Notes: generated from the letters alone by a model not told the origin. Numbered from the stretch's first letter, positions 1 to 8,333 are shown. The stretch: DNA of 54,136 nt from Actinomycetota bacterium (GCA_044869895.1 JBIOXZ010000086.1:1-54136), one strand, 5' to 3'. Numbers and translations: made by a program.

Positions 1-294
1 CGATGCCACGACCACCGGCAGATCCCGCCGGGCGACCTTGGTCGCCCGCCCCGGCACCGCGAGACGAGCGAGGTCCGCGTCCGCGACGCCGACGCGGACC
101 TGACCGGCGTCCACGGCGATCCACGCTGGCACGGCCCCGGTGGCGCGGATGGCGCCGGCCATGGCCCCGGCCGCTTCGTGATTCTGTGGAACCGGCAGCC
201 CCTGCGCCAGGACGCTGGTCTCCAGGGCGACGACCGGCCGCCTGCCGGCCAGGGCGTCGGCCACCTCCTCCGAGATCCGAATCGGCCCGGTCAT
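1..294 (-). CDS. psuG: pseudouridine-5'-phosphate glycosidase, N-terminal part only (gene continues past the left edge; absent from ORF track)
   Basis: A reverse-strand ATG at 294-292 opens MTGPIRISEEVADALAGRRPVVALETSVLAQGLPVPQNHEAAGAMAGAIRATGAVPAWIAVDAGQVRVGV...ATKVARRDLPVVVAS. This follows the YeiN/PsuG N-terminal pattern (PVVALES..hGmP.PQN...GAVPA.IA...KvSRRDLP). The start overlaps the stop of the upstream PfkB kinase as ATGA. Confidence 0.8.
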   Translation of the reverse strand, partial: MTGPIRISEEVADALAGRRPVVALETSVLAQGLPVPQNHEAAGAMAGAIRATGAVPAWIAVDAGQVRVGVADADLARLAVPGRATKVARRDLPVVVAS

Positions 295-1163
295 CCAGCC
301 TTGGGCCACAGGTCGGGACCCGCCGCCACCCGGGCGCCCGCGGCGCATCCCGCGCGAAGGGCCTCCCCCGGCGACGCCCCCGTCGCCAGGGCCGCCAGGA
401 ACACGCCGTCGAAGGCATCGCCGGCGCCGGTCGGATCGGCCTCCACGACGGGCTCGCCCTCGTACCGGATCAGGAGGCCCTCCCATGACATCGCCGCGCC
501 GCGCGGGCCGCGCTTGACGCACACGACGTGGTATCGCTGGGCCAGGGCCTCCGCGGCGTCCTCGCCCCGCCGGCCGCACAGCACCTCGGCCTCGAGCTCG
601 TTCACCAACAGGACCGACGCCGACTCCGTCGCGGCGAAGAACCGAGTCGAGCCGAACTCTCGCAGGAGCGGCCAGGACGCAGCGTCCACCGCGACGTAGC
701 GAGCCTTCGCCCGCTTCAGGGCGGCCATCGCGGCGGGAAGCGATGCCTCGTCGAGCAGGAGGTAGCCCGAGACCAGCACGGCGCTCGCCTCGATCTCGGC
801 GGGGAGGTCGCTCGGAGATAGCCGGGCGTTCGCCCCGCGGTCGGCGACCATCGATCGCTCGCCCGCCGAGTGGACGACCAGCATCGAACCGGTGCGGGCC
901 TGGGGGTCCACCGCGAGCACGGTCTCCACGCCGTGCTCGGCGATCGACTCCTGGAGCAGCCGACCGCTGAGGTCGTCGCCGACCCGGCCGTGGAGCCGGA
1001 CCGTGGCCCGGGTCGCTGCACCCCACACGGCGGCGTTCGCCGCGCTTCCACCGGGTCGCACCGACACCCGCCCGTGGACGTCGCCCCCCTGGGCCAGCGC
1101 CGGCGCCTCCACGCTGACGTCGACCATCACGTCGCCCACCGTGACCAGGTCCATGGCCGACAA
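291..1163 (-). CDS. psuK: PfkB/ribokinase-family carbohydrate kinase, probable pseudouridine kinase
   Basis: 290-aa ORF with PGGSAANAAV near the N-terminus and the C-terminal PfkB signature DPTGAGDAFDG. It is translationally coupled (ATGA) to psuG downstream. Confidence 0.75.
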   Translation of the reverse strand: MSAMDLVTVGDVMVDVSVEAPALAQGGDVHGRVSVRPGGSAANAAVWGAATRATVRLHGRVGDDLSGRLLQESIAEHGVETVLAVDPQARTGSMLVVHSAGERSMVADRGANARLSPSDLPAEIEASAVLVSGYLLLDEASLPAAMAALKRAKARYVAVDAASWPLLREFGSTRFFAATESASVLLVNELEAEVLCGRRGEDAAEALAQRYHVVCVKRGPRGAAMSWEGLLIRYEGEPVVEADPTGAGDAFDGVFLAALATGASPGEALRAGCAAGARVAAGPDLWPKAG

Positions 1164-1196
1164 CCCTACCGCGAGGGTCGGAGGCCCCTCGGCGAC

Positions 1197-2270
1197 TTAG
1201 GTTCGGTCGCGGATGCCCGCAGCCTCCTCCGCCCATCGGCCGAACGCGCCCCAGAACGGATCCAGACCGGGGTGCTCCAGCGGTTCCTCGCCCCGATCGG
1301 TGACGAGGACGGCACCACGCTCGGGCTCAGTCACCTGCCCCACGACCGCGGCCTCGATGCCGGCATCCCCGAGCGCCGACACGAACGGGTCGGCCCGGCC
1401 CCGGACGACCGTGCAGATCAGGGTGCCTTCGGAGATCGACGTGTACGGGTCCATCCCGACGTGCTCGCAGACCGCTCGGACCTCGGGCCTCACCGGGATC
1501 GCGGCCTGCTCGACCCGCATCCCCACCCTGGAGGCGGAGGCCACCTCGGTGAGGCCCCCGAACACACCACCCTCCGTCGCGTCGTGCATCGACGTCACAC
1601 CGGCATCGCGCAACCCGAATTCCCGGGCGACCGCCGCCTCCGGCACCACGGTCATCCGCTCGAACAGCGCGTCGGCCGCCTTCACGACGTCCTCGCCCAC
1701 GCCCTTGGCCAGACGCTCGGGGAACGTTGCCGCGAACAGCGCGGTGGCCTCGATGGCCGCGCCCTTCGTGACCACGATCGCGTCGCCGGGTCGCGCCATC
1801 GTCGGCGTCACGTAGCGGTCCTCCAATCCCAAGGCCATGCAGACGGCCCCGCCCACCATGGGCCATGCGCAGCCCTCGTACCGGGCGGTGTGTCCGGTCA
1901 CAACGGCGATCCCGATGTCCCGACACGTCCGGTGGAATGCATCCCACAGGGCGGTCAGCTCCTCGTCGGTGACCTCCGGTGGCAGATTCAGGTCCACGGC
2001 CATCCACCGAAGGGGAAGGCCGCTCGTGGCGGCGTCCGAGGCCAGGATGTGCACAGCGAACCACGCCGCCCGATCCCAGCCGTAGGCCGGGACGACGAAC
2101 ACCGGGTCGGCGGTCAACGCCATGACAACGCCATTGGCCACCCGCACCACGCCCACGTCGACACCGTGCTCCGGGCCCACCAGAACATCGGGGTCCTTGG
2201 CCCCCAGCCGCCGAAGGATGACCTGCTCGAACAGCTCCGCCGTGGCCTTGCCCAGACGCGGCTCCGCCAT
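1197..2270 (-). CDS. AIR synthase-related (PurM/HypE/ThiL-fold) protein, function unassigned
   Basis: 357 aa with the two-domain PurM-like layout (GVDVGVV...ALTADP; HDATEGGVFGGL). It lacks the ThiL GDDAA-type motif. It lies 6 nt downstream of thiE on the same strand. Confidence 0.7.
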   Translation of the reverse strand: MAEPRLGKATAELFEQVILRRLGAKDPDVLVGPEHGVDVGVVRVANGVVMALTADPVFVVPAYGWDRAAWFAVHILASDAATSGLPLRWMAVDLNLPPEVTDEELTALWDAFHRTCRDIGIAVVTGHTARYEGCAWPMVGGAVCMALGLEDRYVTPTMARPGDAIVVTKGAAIEATALFAATFPERLAKGVGEDVVKAADALFERMTVVPEAAVAREFGLRDAGVTSMHDATEGGVFGGLTEVASASRVGMRVEQAAIPVRPEVRAVCEHVGMDPYTSISEGTLICTVVRGRADPFVSALGDAGIEAAVVGQVTEPERGAVLVTDRGEEPLEHPGLDPFWGAFGRWAEEAAGIRDRT

Positions 2271-2276
2271 CCCGGG

Positions 2277-2924
2277 TCAGCCTCTCGGCACGGATGCCGC
2301 CGCGTGGACGGCCTCCACCAGCCGCCGGGTCGCCGCCACCGGGTCCGACGCCGTCCCTACCGCGGAGACGACCGCGACGCCGGTGGTCCCCGTCGCAAGG
2401 ACCTTCCGCGCATTCGAGGGATCGATCCCGCCGACCCCGACGACCGGCAGTGACGTCGCCTCGACGATGGGTCGAAGTCCGTCGAGCCCGATCGGGACGG
2501 CCTCGGCCTTGGTCGGTGTGGCGAACACGGTGACCCCCAGGTAGTCGGCTCCGGCCCTCTCGGCCGATTCGGCCTGCTCCGGCGTCGCCACGCTGATCCC
2601 AAGCACTCCCCGTGGACCCAGTCGCTCGCGGGCGCTCTCCGGATGGTCACCCTGGCCGGCGTGCGCCCCCCCGGCCCCGACCGCGACGGCGATGTCGATC
2701 CGGTCATTCACGACGAACAGGACCTGGCCCCTCCGGCAGCGCCGTTCGATCTCCCCCGCCACCGACAGCAGCTCGTCGTCCGAGAGCTCCGGCGCGCGGA
2801 GCTGAACCACGTCGGCGCCGCCCTCGATCGCCGCGTCCGCCACCTCGATGTGCCCACGGCCCTGGACGAGCCCATTCGAGGTGATGACATGGACCCGGAG
2901 CCGCTCCGGATCGATCGTGCCCAT
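2277..2924 (-). CDS. thiE: thiamine-phosphate synthase
   Basis: ThiE-like motifs are present (VQLR.PE, FVVNDRIDIA.A.GA.G.H.GQ.D, GVS..T..QA..A...GADYLGV..vF.T.TK, GGI). I trimmed the start to the second Met (MGTIDPE) because the first 6 codons of the track ORF lie inside the riboswitch 3' arm. GGAGGGA lies 5 nt upstream of ATG 2924. Confidence 0.9.
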   Translation of the reverse strand: MGTIDPERLRVHVITSNGLVQGRGHIEVADAAIEGGADVVQLRAPELSDDELLSVAGEIERRCRRGQVLFVVNDRIDIAVAVGAGGAHAGQGDHPESARERLGPRGVLGISVATPEQAESAERAGADYLGVTVFATPTKAEAVPIGLDGLRPIVEATSLPVVGVGGIDPSNARKVLATGTTGVAVVSAVGTASDPVAATRRLVEAVHAAASVPRG

Positions 2925-3128
2925 CGTTCCCTCCGCCCGCATTACCGGGATCAGGTTCCTCGGGTCGTCGGCGCTTTTGTCCTAGGGGCTATCGCTTCGC
3001 TGCTTGAGCCCCGTTCTGAGGGCTGTCGCTTCGCTGCTTGAGCCCCGTTCTGAGGGCTATCGCTTCGCTGCTTGAGCCCTCGAGCCGGCCTCTCAGCCCG
3101 GTTGTCCCGAGCTCCCCGGTGGTTCCAC
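2922..3128 (-). promoter_or_regulatory. TPP (THI-box) riboswitch in the thiE leader, with an atypically long insertion between the CUGAGA element and the ACCC strand
   Basis: The reverse strand reads ...CCACCGGGGAGCUCGGGACAACCGGGCUGAGAGG... (5' half; GGGG-P3 hairpin-CUGAGA at + coordinates 3117-3091). It then reads ...ACCCGAGGAACCUGAUCCCGGUAAUGCGGGCGGAGGGAACGAUG (3' half; + coordinates 2965-2922). This matches the conserved ACCUGAUCyGGnUAAUnCCrGCGnAGGGA core. The SD and AUG of thiE are embedded in the 3' arm. Confidence 0.7.
2987..3080. repeat. 34-nt direct tandem repeat, 2.8 copies
   Basis: Copy 1 is ggctatcgcttcgctgcttgagccccgttctgag (2987-3020). Copy 2 is ggctgtcgcttcgctgcttgagccccgttctgag (3021-3054) and differs by 1 nt. 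Copy 3 is ggctatcgcttcgctgcttgagccc (3055-3080) and is truncated. The copies abut with no spacers. The repeat lies inside the riboswitch leader. Confidence 0.95.
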
Positions 3129-3142
3129 CTCAGTATAGGTCG

Positions 3143-3859
3143 CTATCGACGGCCGGCTTGGGCCCGAGCCAAGGCCCGTTCCCGCGCCACCCGCTTCCAA
3201 TCGCTCCTCGTCCTGGACAACAGGATGTCCGTGACGATCTGCAAGGCGCCGATGCCGGCCAGGACCCAGACGGCCCACGCCGGGCCGTTCGCGGCGAGGC
3301 AGAACCCAAGGGCCGCGAACGGCGCGACCTTCGTGGCCAGGGCGCCGGACGCGTGCATCCAGGCCCGCGCTGCCGGGGACGCTCGAAGGTAGGAGGCGTA
3401 GTCGATCTTCAGCCCGGGCCACGGAGGGAACCCGATGTAGTAGGCCAGAAACGAGATACCGACCAGCCGACCGACTGCCCAATGCGCCAGGTCGTGGACG
3501 CACACCAACCACGCCACGCCAGCGACCACGTAGGCCCATCCGGACACGGTCGGGTTGTCGCACCGCATGCCGTAAACGGTCGCCGCCGCTCCGAACAACA
3601 CGCCGATCAGGAGCACCATGTTCCCGAACCACACCGGGAACCGGAACCGGACGCTCGTCTCGAACGCCTTGCGGTCGATCCGGCCGGCCTGGTCCGCCCA
3701 ATGCTCGGCCAGCATGGGCTCGACCTTCACTCGACGGAGCAGCCGCCAGAATCCGAGCCCGGAGAGGTCCGTCTGACCCGCATCCACAGCCGTTTCCATG
3801 CGGGCGAACGCGTCCTGATAGTCCTCCCCGTCCGGTGGAAGACCCCCGGGTTCGCCCAT
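3143..3859 (-). CDS. hypothetical polytopic membrane protein
   Basis: 238-aa ORF with about 5 hydrophobic segments (VWFGNMVLLIGVLFGAAATV, AYVVAGVAWLVCV, ALGFCLAANGPAWAVWVLAGIGAL) and GC3-rich codons. I recognise no family. Confidence 0.6.
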   Translation of the reverse strand: MGEPGGLPPDGEDYQDAFARMETAVDAGQTDLSGLGFWRLLRRVKVEPMLAEHWADQAGRIDRKAFETSVRFRFPVWFGNMVLLIGVLFGAAATVYGMRCDNPTVSGWAYVVAGVAWLVCVHDLAHWAVGRLVGISFLAYYIGFPPWPGLKIDYASYLRASPAARAWMHASGALATKVAPFAALGFCLAANGPAWAVWVLAGIGALQIVTDILLSRTRSDWKRVARERALARAQAGRR

Positions 3860-3928
3860 CCGGCCTCCGTTCCACGCTACGATGGGCCCCGGCCCTTCAC
3901 ACGTCGCCCGCGCGCGGGAGGTCCAGCG

Positions 3929-5794
3929 ACGTCCAGCCGTACAGAACCGGATCGCACGGTCCGCATCTCCGAGACCACGTCCACCCTAACCACGCTCGAC
4001 GGCCGGTACCAGGTCCTGGAGCGCATCGCAGCGGGGGGGATGGGTGAGATCTTTCGGGCCCACGACGCCGTCCTGGCGCGCGAGGTGGCCGTCAAGGTCC
4101 TCCACCCCAATCTGGCCTCGGATCCGGGCTTCGTCGACCGCTTCCGCCGGGAGGCCCGGGCCGCCGCGGGGCTCAGTCACCCGAATATCGTCGGGGTGCA
4201 CGACTGGGGGGCCGTGGACGGCGTGTACTTCATGGTCATGGAGTTCGTTCGGGGCCAGAGCCTTCGCGACGTCCTTGCCGCCGAGGGGTTGCTTGCCCCG
4301 GCCCAGGCCGCGGACGTCCTGCTGCAAGTGCTCGCGGCCCTCGAGCATGCACACCGAAAGGGCATCGTTCACCGAGATGTGAAACCCGAGAACGTGCTGG
4401 TCACCCGGGACGGCGTGGCCAAGGTGACCGACTTCGGGCTGGCGCACGCGTACGCGGAGGCGCGCTCCACTCAGACGGCGACGATCTCGGGGACCGCCCT
4501 CTACCTCGCGCCCGAGCAGCTCCTGGGCGAGCCGGCCGACCCCCGCACCGACCTCTACTCCGTTGGGATCGTGGCATTCGAGCTGCTCACGGGGAGCGCG
4601 CCCTTCACCGGCGAGACGTCGGTGGCCATCGCGTACAAGCATCTGCGCGATCGCGTCCCCCGGCCCTCGGCCCGAAACACGACGGTGCCGAAGGGCCTCG
4701 ACGGCTGGGTGGGATCGATGACGGAGAAGGACAGGGAGCTCCGTCCGGAGTCGGCCACCGAAGCGGGTCGGGATCTCGCCGCCGAGGCCGCGACATTCCC
4801 GGCCGCCCCGCCGATCCAGCAGCTGGTCCGTGAGGTACCTCTTTCGTCGCAGCAACGAGACCCGGGACGCGCCCCGACGGTGGTCATCCCCCGCGACAGG
4901 GCTACCGGACGGCGACGGCGAGGTGGATGGCTCCTGGGCTCGTTGCTCGGGGTGCTCGCCCTGGCGGCCGCGGCGTGGGGCGGATGGACGTACCTGATCC
5001 CTCACAACGTGGACGTCCCACGGGTCCTCGGCCTGCCGGTTGCCGTCGCCACGGCTCGCCTCACCGACGCCGACCTCGAGGTCTCGGGCGACGCCGGTCG
5101 GTACTCGCTCCAGGTGCCGGCAGGCCGTGTCCTGCAGGTCCAGCCACCTCCCGGGACGGTCGTTCGCACCGGGACGAGGGTGACGCTGACGCCGTCCCTT
5201 GGCCCTCGACCCGTGCCGGTGCCGGACCTCGTGGGGAAGACCATCCCCGCGGCCCGGGACCTCTTGCGGGAGGCCCACCTCGCGCTTGGCAAGCGAGGTA
5301 CGCGATTCAGCGACGGGTTCCCGGAGGGTCGGATCATCGGCCAGAGCGAGCCGGGGACCGGAACGGCCCCCCAAGGAAGCGCGATCGACGTCGTCGTGAG
5401 CAAGGGCCCGACGCCCCAACCGGTGCCCGAGGTGGTGGGAAAGCCCGAGGAGGAGGCCAGGCGCATGTTGACCCCCTGGGTGGTGAACGAGCGAGGGGAG
5501 TACTCCGACGGCGTACCCCGTGGCCGGGTGATCGCTCAGGATCCCGACCCCAGCGCCAAACTCCAGCCCGGCGAAGCCGTCACCATCGTGGTGTCGCTGG
5601 GGCCGAAATTCTTCGAGGTTCCCAGCTTCGTGGGGAAGACGCGAACCGAGGCCGTCGCGGCGATCCAGGCCCTTGACCTGCACGCCTCGGTCATCCCAGT
5701 GCCGGGCGCGAATGGCGACACGGTCAGAGGCCAGCTGCCCGAGGGCGGGACCAGGGTCCGGGCCGGCTCCACGGTGACGCTCTACGTGGCGTGA
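3929..5794 (+). CDS. pknB: Ser/Thr protein kinase with transmembrane segment and four PASTA repeats (PknB-like); start codon unresolved
   Basis: Kinase motifs are present: GRYQVLERIAAGGMGEIF, VAVKVL, HRDVKPENVL, DFGLA, APEQ. A TM helix follows (WLLGSLLGVLALAAAAWGGW), then 4 PASTA-like units (VPRVLGLPV.., VPDLVGKTI.., VPEVVGKPE.., VPSFVGKTR..). The 5' boundary is approximate (see finding). The first ~300 codons of track ORF 3038.. are antisense to gene 3143..3859 and are not part of it. Confidence 0.85.
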   Translation, partial: TSSRTEPDRTVRISETTSTLTTLDGRYQVLERIAAGGMGEIFRAHDAVLAREVAVKVLHPNLASDPGFVDRFRREARAAAGLSHPNIVGVHDWGAVDGVYFMVMEFVRGQSLRDVLAAEGLLAPAQAADVLLQVLAALEHAHRKGIVHRDVKPENVLVTRDGVAKVTDFGLAHAYAEARSTQTATISGTALYLAPEQLLGEPADPRTDLYSVGIVAFELLTGSAPFTGETSVAIAYKHLRDRVPRPSARNTTVPKGLDGWVGSMTEKDRELRPESATEAGRDLAAEAATFPAAPPIQQLVREVPLSSQQRDPGRAPTVVIPRDRATGRRRRGGWLLGSLLGVLALAAAAWGGWTYLIPHNVDVPRVLGLPVAVATARLTDADLEVSGDAGRYSLQVPAGRVLQVQPPPGTVVRTGTRVTLTPSLGPRPVPVPDLVGKTIPAARDLLREAHLALGKRGTRFSDGFPEGRIIGQSEPGTGTAPQGSAIDVVVSKGPTPQPVPEVVGKPEEEARRMLTPWVVNERGEYSDGVPRGRVIAQDPDPSAKLQPGEAVTIVVSLGPKFFEVPSFVGKTRTEAVAAIQALDLHASVIPVPGANGDTVRGQLPEGGTRVRAGSTVTLYVA

Positions 5795-6621
5795 GGATCG
5801 GGGCCCACGTCCCCACCAGGGGCAGCCTCCTGTCGGCCATCCGGGCCGCGCACGAGTGCGGCGCGGAGGCCATCCAGGTCTTCATCTCCAACCCTCGAGC
5901 ATGGGCGGCGCCCCGGATCTCCGCCAAGGAGGCAGACGCGTTCCGCGGAGCTTGGGCCCAGTCCGGTCTCGGTCCGATGTTCGTGCACGCCCCCTACGTG
6001 GTGAACCTCGCGTCGCCCGTTCCTGAGTTCCTGGAGCGCTCGATCGACGTCGTGCGCCGCTCGGTGATGGCCGCCTCGACCGTCGGCGCGAACGGCTACG
6101 TCGTCCACGCCGGGTCCGGTGGTCCGGGCGAGCCCGCCGAGGCCTTCCACCGAGCGGTCGCGGCGTTGCGAGCTGTTCCGCCACTGGGCGACTGCGACGT
6201 CGTCATTGAGCTCACCGCGGGGACCGTCGGCTCGGTTGCCGCCACGTTCCCCGAGGCAGCCCGCCTGTTCGACGCGGTGGACGATCACCGGTTGAAGCTC
6301 TGTGCCGACACGTGCCACCTGTTCGCCGCGGGGTATGCGCTCGACGAGCCCGAAGGGGTGGCCGCCTGCTTCGAGGAGTTGCATGCGAGTGGCTTGGACG
6401 ATCGGCTCGTCCTCATCCACGCGAACGATGCGAAGTACGAACGAGGATCCCGACGGGATCGCCACGAACACATCGGTCAGGGCGCCATCGGGGTGGAGGG
6501 CTTCTTCGAGATCCTCCACCGACCCGAGGTCCAGGACCTCGCGCTCGTCGTCGAGACGCCGGGCCGACTCGACGATCATGCGCGCGACATCGCGACCCTT
6601 CGCCGCCTCGCCGCCGACTGA
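5791..6621 (+). CDS. nfo: deoxyribonuclease IV (endonuclease IV, AP endonuclease family 2)
   Basis: 276 aa reading MRIGAHV...IQVF..NPR.W...HAPY..NLAS...VVH.G...IELTAG...CADTCH.FAAGY...IHANDAK...G...DRHE.IG.G.IG. The GTG start overlaps the kinase stop (GTGA). Confidence 0.85.
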   Translation: MRIGAHVPTRGSLLSAIRAAHECGAEAIQVFISNPRAWAAPRISAKEADAFRGAWAQSGLGPMFVHAPYVVNLASPVPEFLERSIDVVRRSVMAASTVGANGYVVHAGSGGPGEPAEAFHRAVAALRAVPPLGDCDVVIELTAGTVGSVAATFPEAARLFDAVDDHRLKLCADTCHLFAAGYALDEPEGVAACFEELHASGLDDRLVLIHANDAKYERGSRRDRHEHIGQGAIGVEGFFEILHRPEVQDLALVVETPGRLDDHARDIATLRRLAAD

Positions 6622-6624
6622 AAG

Positions 6625-7248
6625 CTAGGGCTCGAGCTCGGCGCGTGAGCCTTCCTGGTAGGAGTACCGCTCCTCGCGCCAAGGATCGGCGTGGACGTGG
6701 TAACCGCGCACCTCCCAGAACCCGCGCTTGTTCTGCTCGGCGAACTCCAGGCCCCGCAGCCACTTCGCGCTCTTCCACGCGTAGCGCTTGGGGACGACCA
6801 GCCGAAGGGGGAACCCGTGCTCGGGCGCGAGCGGCTCGCCGTTGTGAGCCCAGGCCACGAGGACGTCGTCGTCCAGCATGGCCTGGAGCGAGAGGTCCGA
6901 GGTGTATCCGTAGTCGCAGTGGGCGATGACCCACTTCGCCTCGGGCTTGGGTTTCGCCTTCTCCACCAGGACCCGGAAGGGGATGCCGGACCACTGGTTG
7001 TCCAGCGTCGACCACCCTGTGACGCAGTGCATGTCTGCCTGGACGTCGGCGGGGCCGAGGCCTTTCAGCTCGCCGTAGGTAAGGGTGTAAGGGTTCTCGA
7101 CCGCCCCGGAAACTTCGAGGTCCCAGGTGCCCTGGTCGAACCTGGGGATGGGCCCGTAGTGGAGCACGGGCCACCCCTTCACCAGGCGCTGGCCGGGTGG
7201 GACACGCTTGGCGATCTCCTCCGGGTATCGCTGGCCGAACAACTTCAT
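6625..7248 (-). CDS. small molybdopterin-dependent oxidoreductase (sulfite-oxidase fold, YedY/MsrP-like catalytic domain)
   Basis: The sequence has the typical SUOX-fold Moco domain: WDLEVSGAVENPYTLTYGELK...MHCVTGWS...W.G.P...NGEPL..EHGFPLRLVVP..Y.WKSAKWL. I trimmed the start to MKLFGQ (ATG 7248), which overlaps the ltaE stop. Confidence 0.7.
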   Translation of the reverse strand: MKLFGQRYPEEIAKRVPPGQRLVKGWPVLHYGPIPRFDQGTWDLEVSGAVENPYTLTYGELKGLGPADVQADMHCVTGWSTLDNQWSGIPFRVLVEKAKPKPEAKWVIAHCDYGYTSDLSLQAMLDDDVLVAWAHNGEPLAPEHGFPLRLVVPKRYAWKSAKWLRGLEFAEQNKRGFWEVRGYHVHADPWREERYSYQEGSRAELEP

Positions 7249-8309
7249 CGTCCCTCCCCGCGCGCGGCCGCCGCGACCGTTCGCCACGCCGCAACGGCCG
7301 TCTCGGTGTCCTGATCGGTCACATCGATGTGGGTAACCATCCGCACCTTCCCGGACACCAAGGTCGCGCCCACGCGCTGTTCCTTCAGCCGGGCGATGGC
7401 ATCGAGCGGCTCCATCCGCACCGCTTCGGTGTCCACGTAGACCATGTTCGTTTCAACCGCTGCCGGGTCGAGCGCGCCGGGCATCGCCTCGGCCACGCCC
7501 TCCGCCAGTCGCCGGGCCCGGACGTGGTCCTCGTGGAGTCGCGTGGGCCCATCCTCCAGGGCCACGAGGCCCGCGGCGGCGACCACCCCGGCCTGCCGCC
7601 ACGCCCCCCCGAACAGGATCTTCAGCCGACGGGCCTCCCGAACGATGTCGGTCGGCCCGCAGATGAGCGAGCCGATCGGCGCGCCCAGACCCTTGGAGAC
7701 GCAGAACATCATGGTGTCCACCTCGGCGCAGAACTCGGCGACGTCGGTTCCACTCGCCACCGCCGCGTTGAAGATCCGCGCCCCATCCAGGTGCACCGGG
7801 AGCCCGGCCTCCTGCGCCACCTTACGGATGGCCCGGAGGTCCTCGACCGACATCACGGTCCCGCCGGCGTGCCCGTGCGTGTTCTCCACGGCAACGAGGT
7901 CGACCACCTCCACGTCGTACGGCTCGTCGGGTTCCAGGGCACGGCGCACCTGGTCCGCCGAGATCTGTCCCCTGCCGTCACCGGCGATGGCCTTGAAGGC
8001 GATCCCCGAGAGTGCGGCGGCGCTCATCACCTCCGTCGTGGTCACGTGGGCCCTTGACTCTGCCACGACCAGGTGACCGGTCCCACGGAAGTGCAATCGG
8101 AGCGCGATCTGATTGGCCATGGTCCCCGTGGGGACGTACAGCGCCGCCTCCTTGCCGGTGATCTCGGCCGCCCGGTCCTGGAGCCGGTTCACGGTGGGGT
8201 CGTCGCCGAACCAGTCGTCGCCCACCTCCGCTTTGGCCATGGCCGTTCGCATGGCCGGCGACGGCGTGGTGACGGTATCGGAGCGAAGGTCGACCTGGTA
8301 CGTGTCCAC
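7245..8309 (-). CDS. ltaE: low-specificity L-threonine aldolase (PLP-dependent)
   Basis: The N-terminus reads DLRSDTVTTPSPAMRTAM...GDD.FGDDPTVNRLQ...P.GTMANQIAL...ENTH...GG, and the PLP-lysine context is FCVSKGLGAP. Confidence 0.85.
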   Translation of the reverse strand: MDTYQVDLRSDTVTTPSPAMRTAMAKAEVGDDWFGDDPTVNRLQDRAAEITGKEAALYVPTGTMANQIALRLHFRGTGHLVVAESRAHVTTTEVMSAAALSGIAFKAIAGDGRGQISADQVRRALEPDEPYDVEVVDLVAVENTHGHAGGTVMSVEDLRAIRKVAQEAGLPVHLDGARIFNAAVASGTDVAEFCAEVDTMMFCVSKGLGAPIGSLICGPTDIVREARRLKILFGGAWRQAGVVAAAGLVALEDGPTRLHEDHVRARRLAEGVAEAMPGALDPAAVETNMVYVDTEAVRMEPLDAIARLKEQRVGATLVSGKVRMVTHIDVTDQDTETAVAAWRTVAAAARGEGR

Positions 8310-8333
8310 GGTCCGGCAGTATATGGGCCAGGT

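Noticed and set aside
2987-3080. The 34-nt direct repeats considered as a CRISPR array.
   Set aside because: The copies abut directly with no spacers. There are only 2.8 copies and no cas genes in the window. The repeats sit inside a riboswitch leader. I classify them as a simple tandem duplication.
3038-3928. The N-terminal ~300 codons of track ORF 3038..5794 considered as part of the Ser/Thr kinase.
   Set aside because: This stretch is antisense to the membrane-protein gene 3143..3859 and to the repeat/riboswitch region. It has a Pro/Arg/Gly-rich composition and no kinase homology. Kinase similarity begins only at about 3990.
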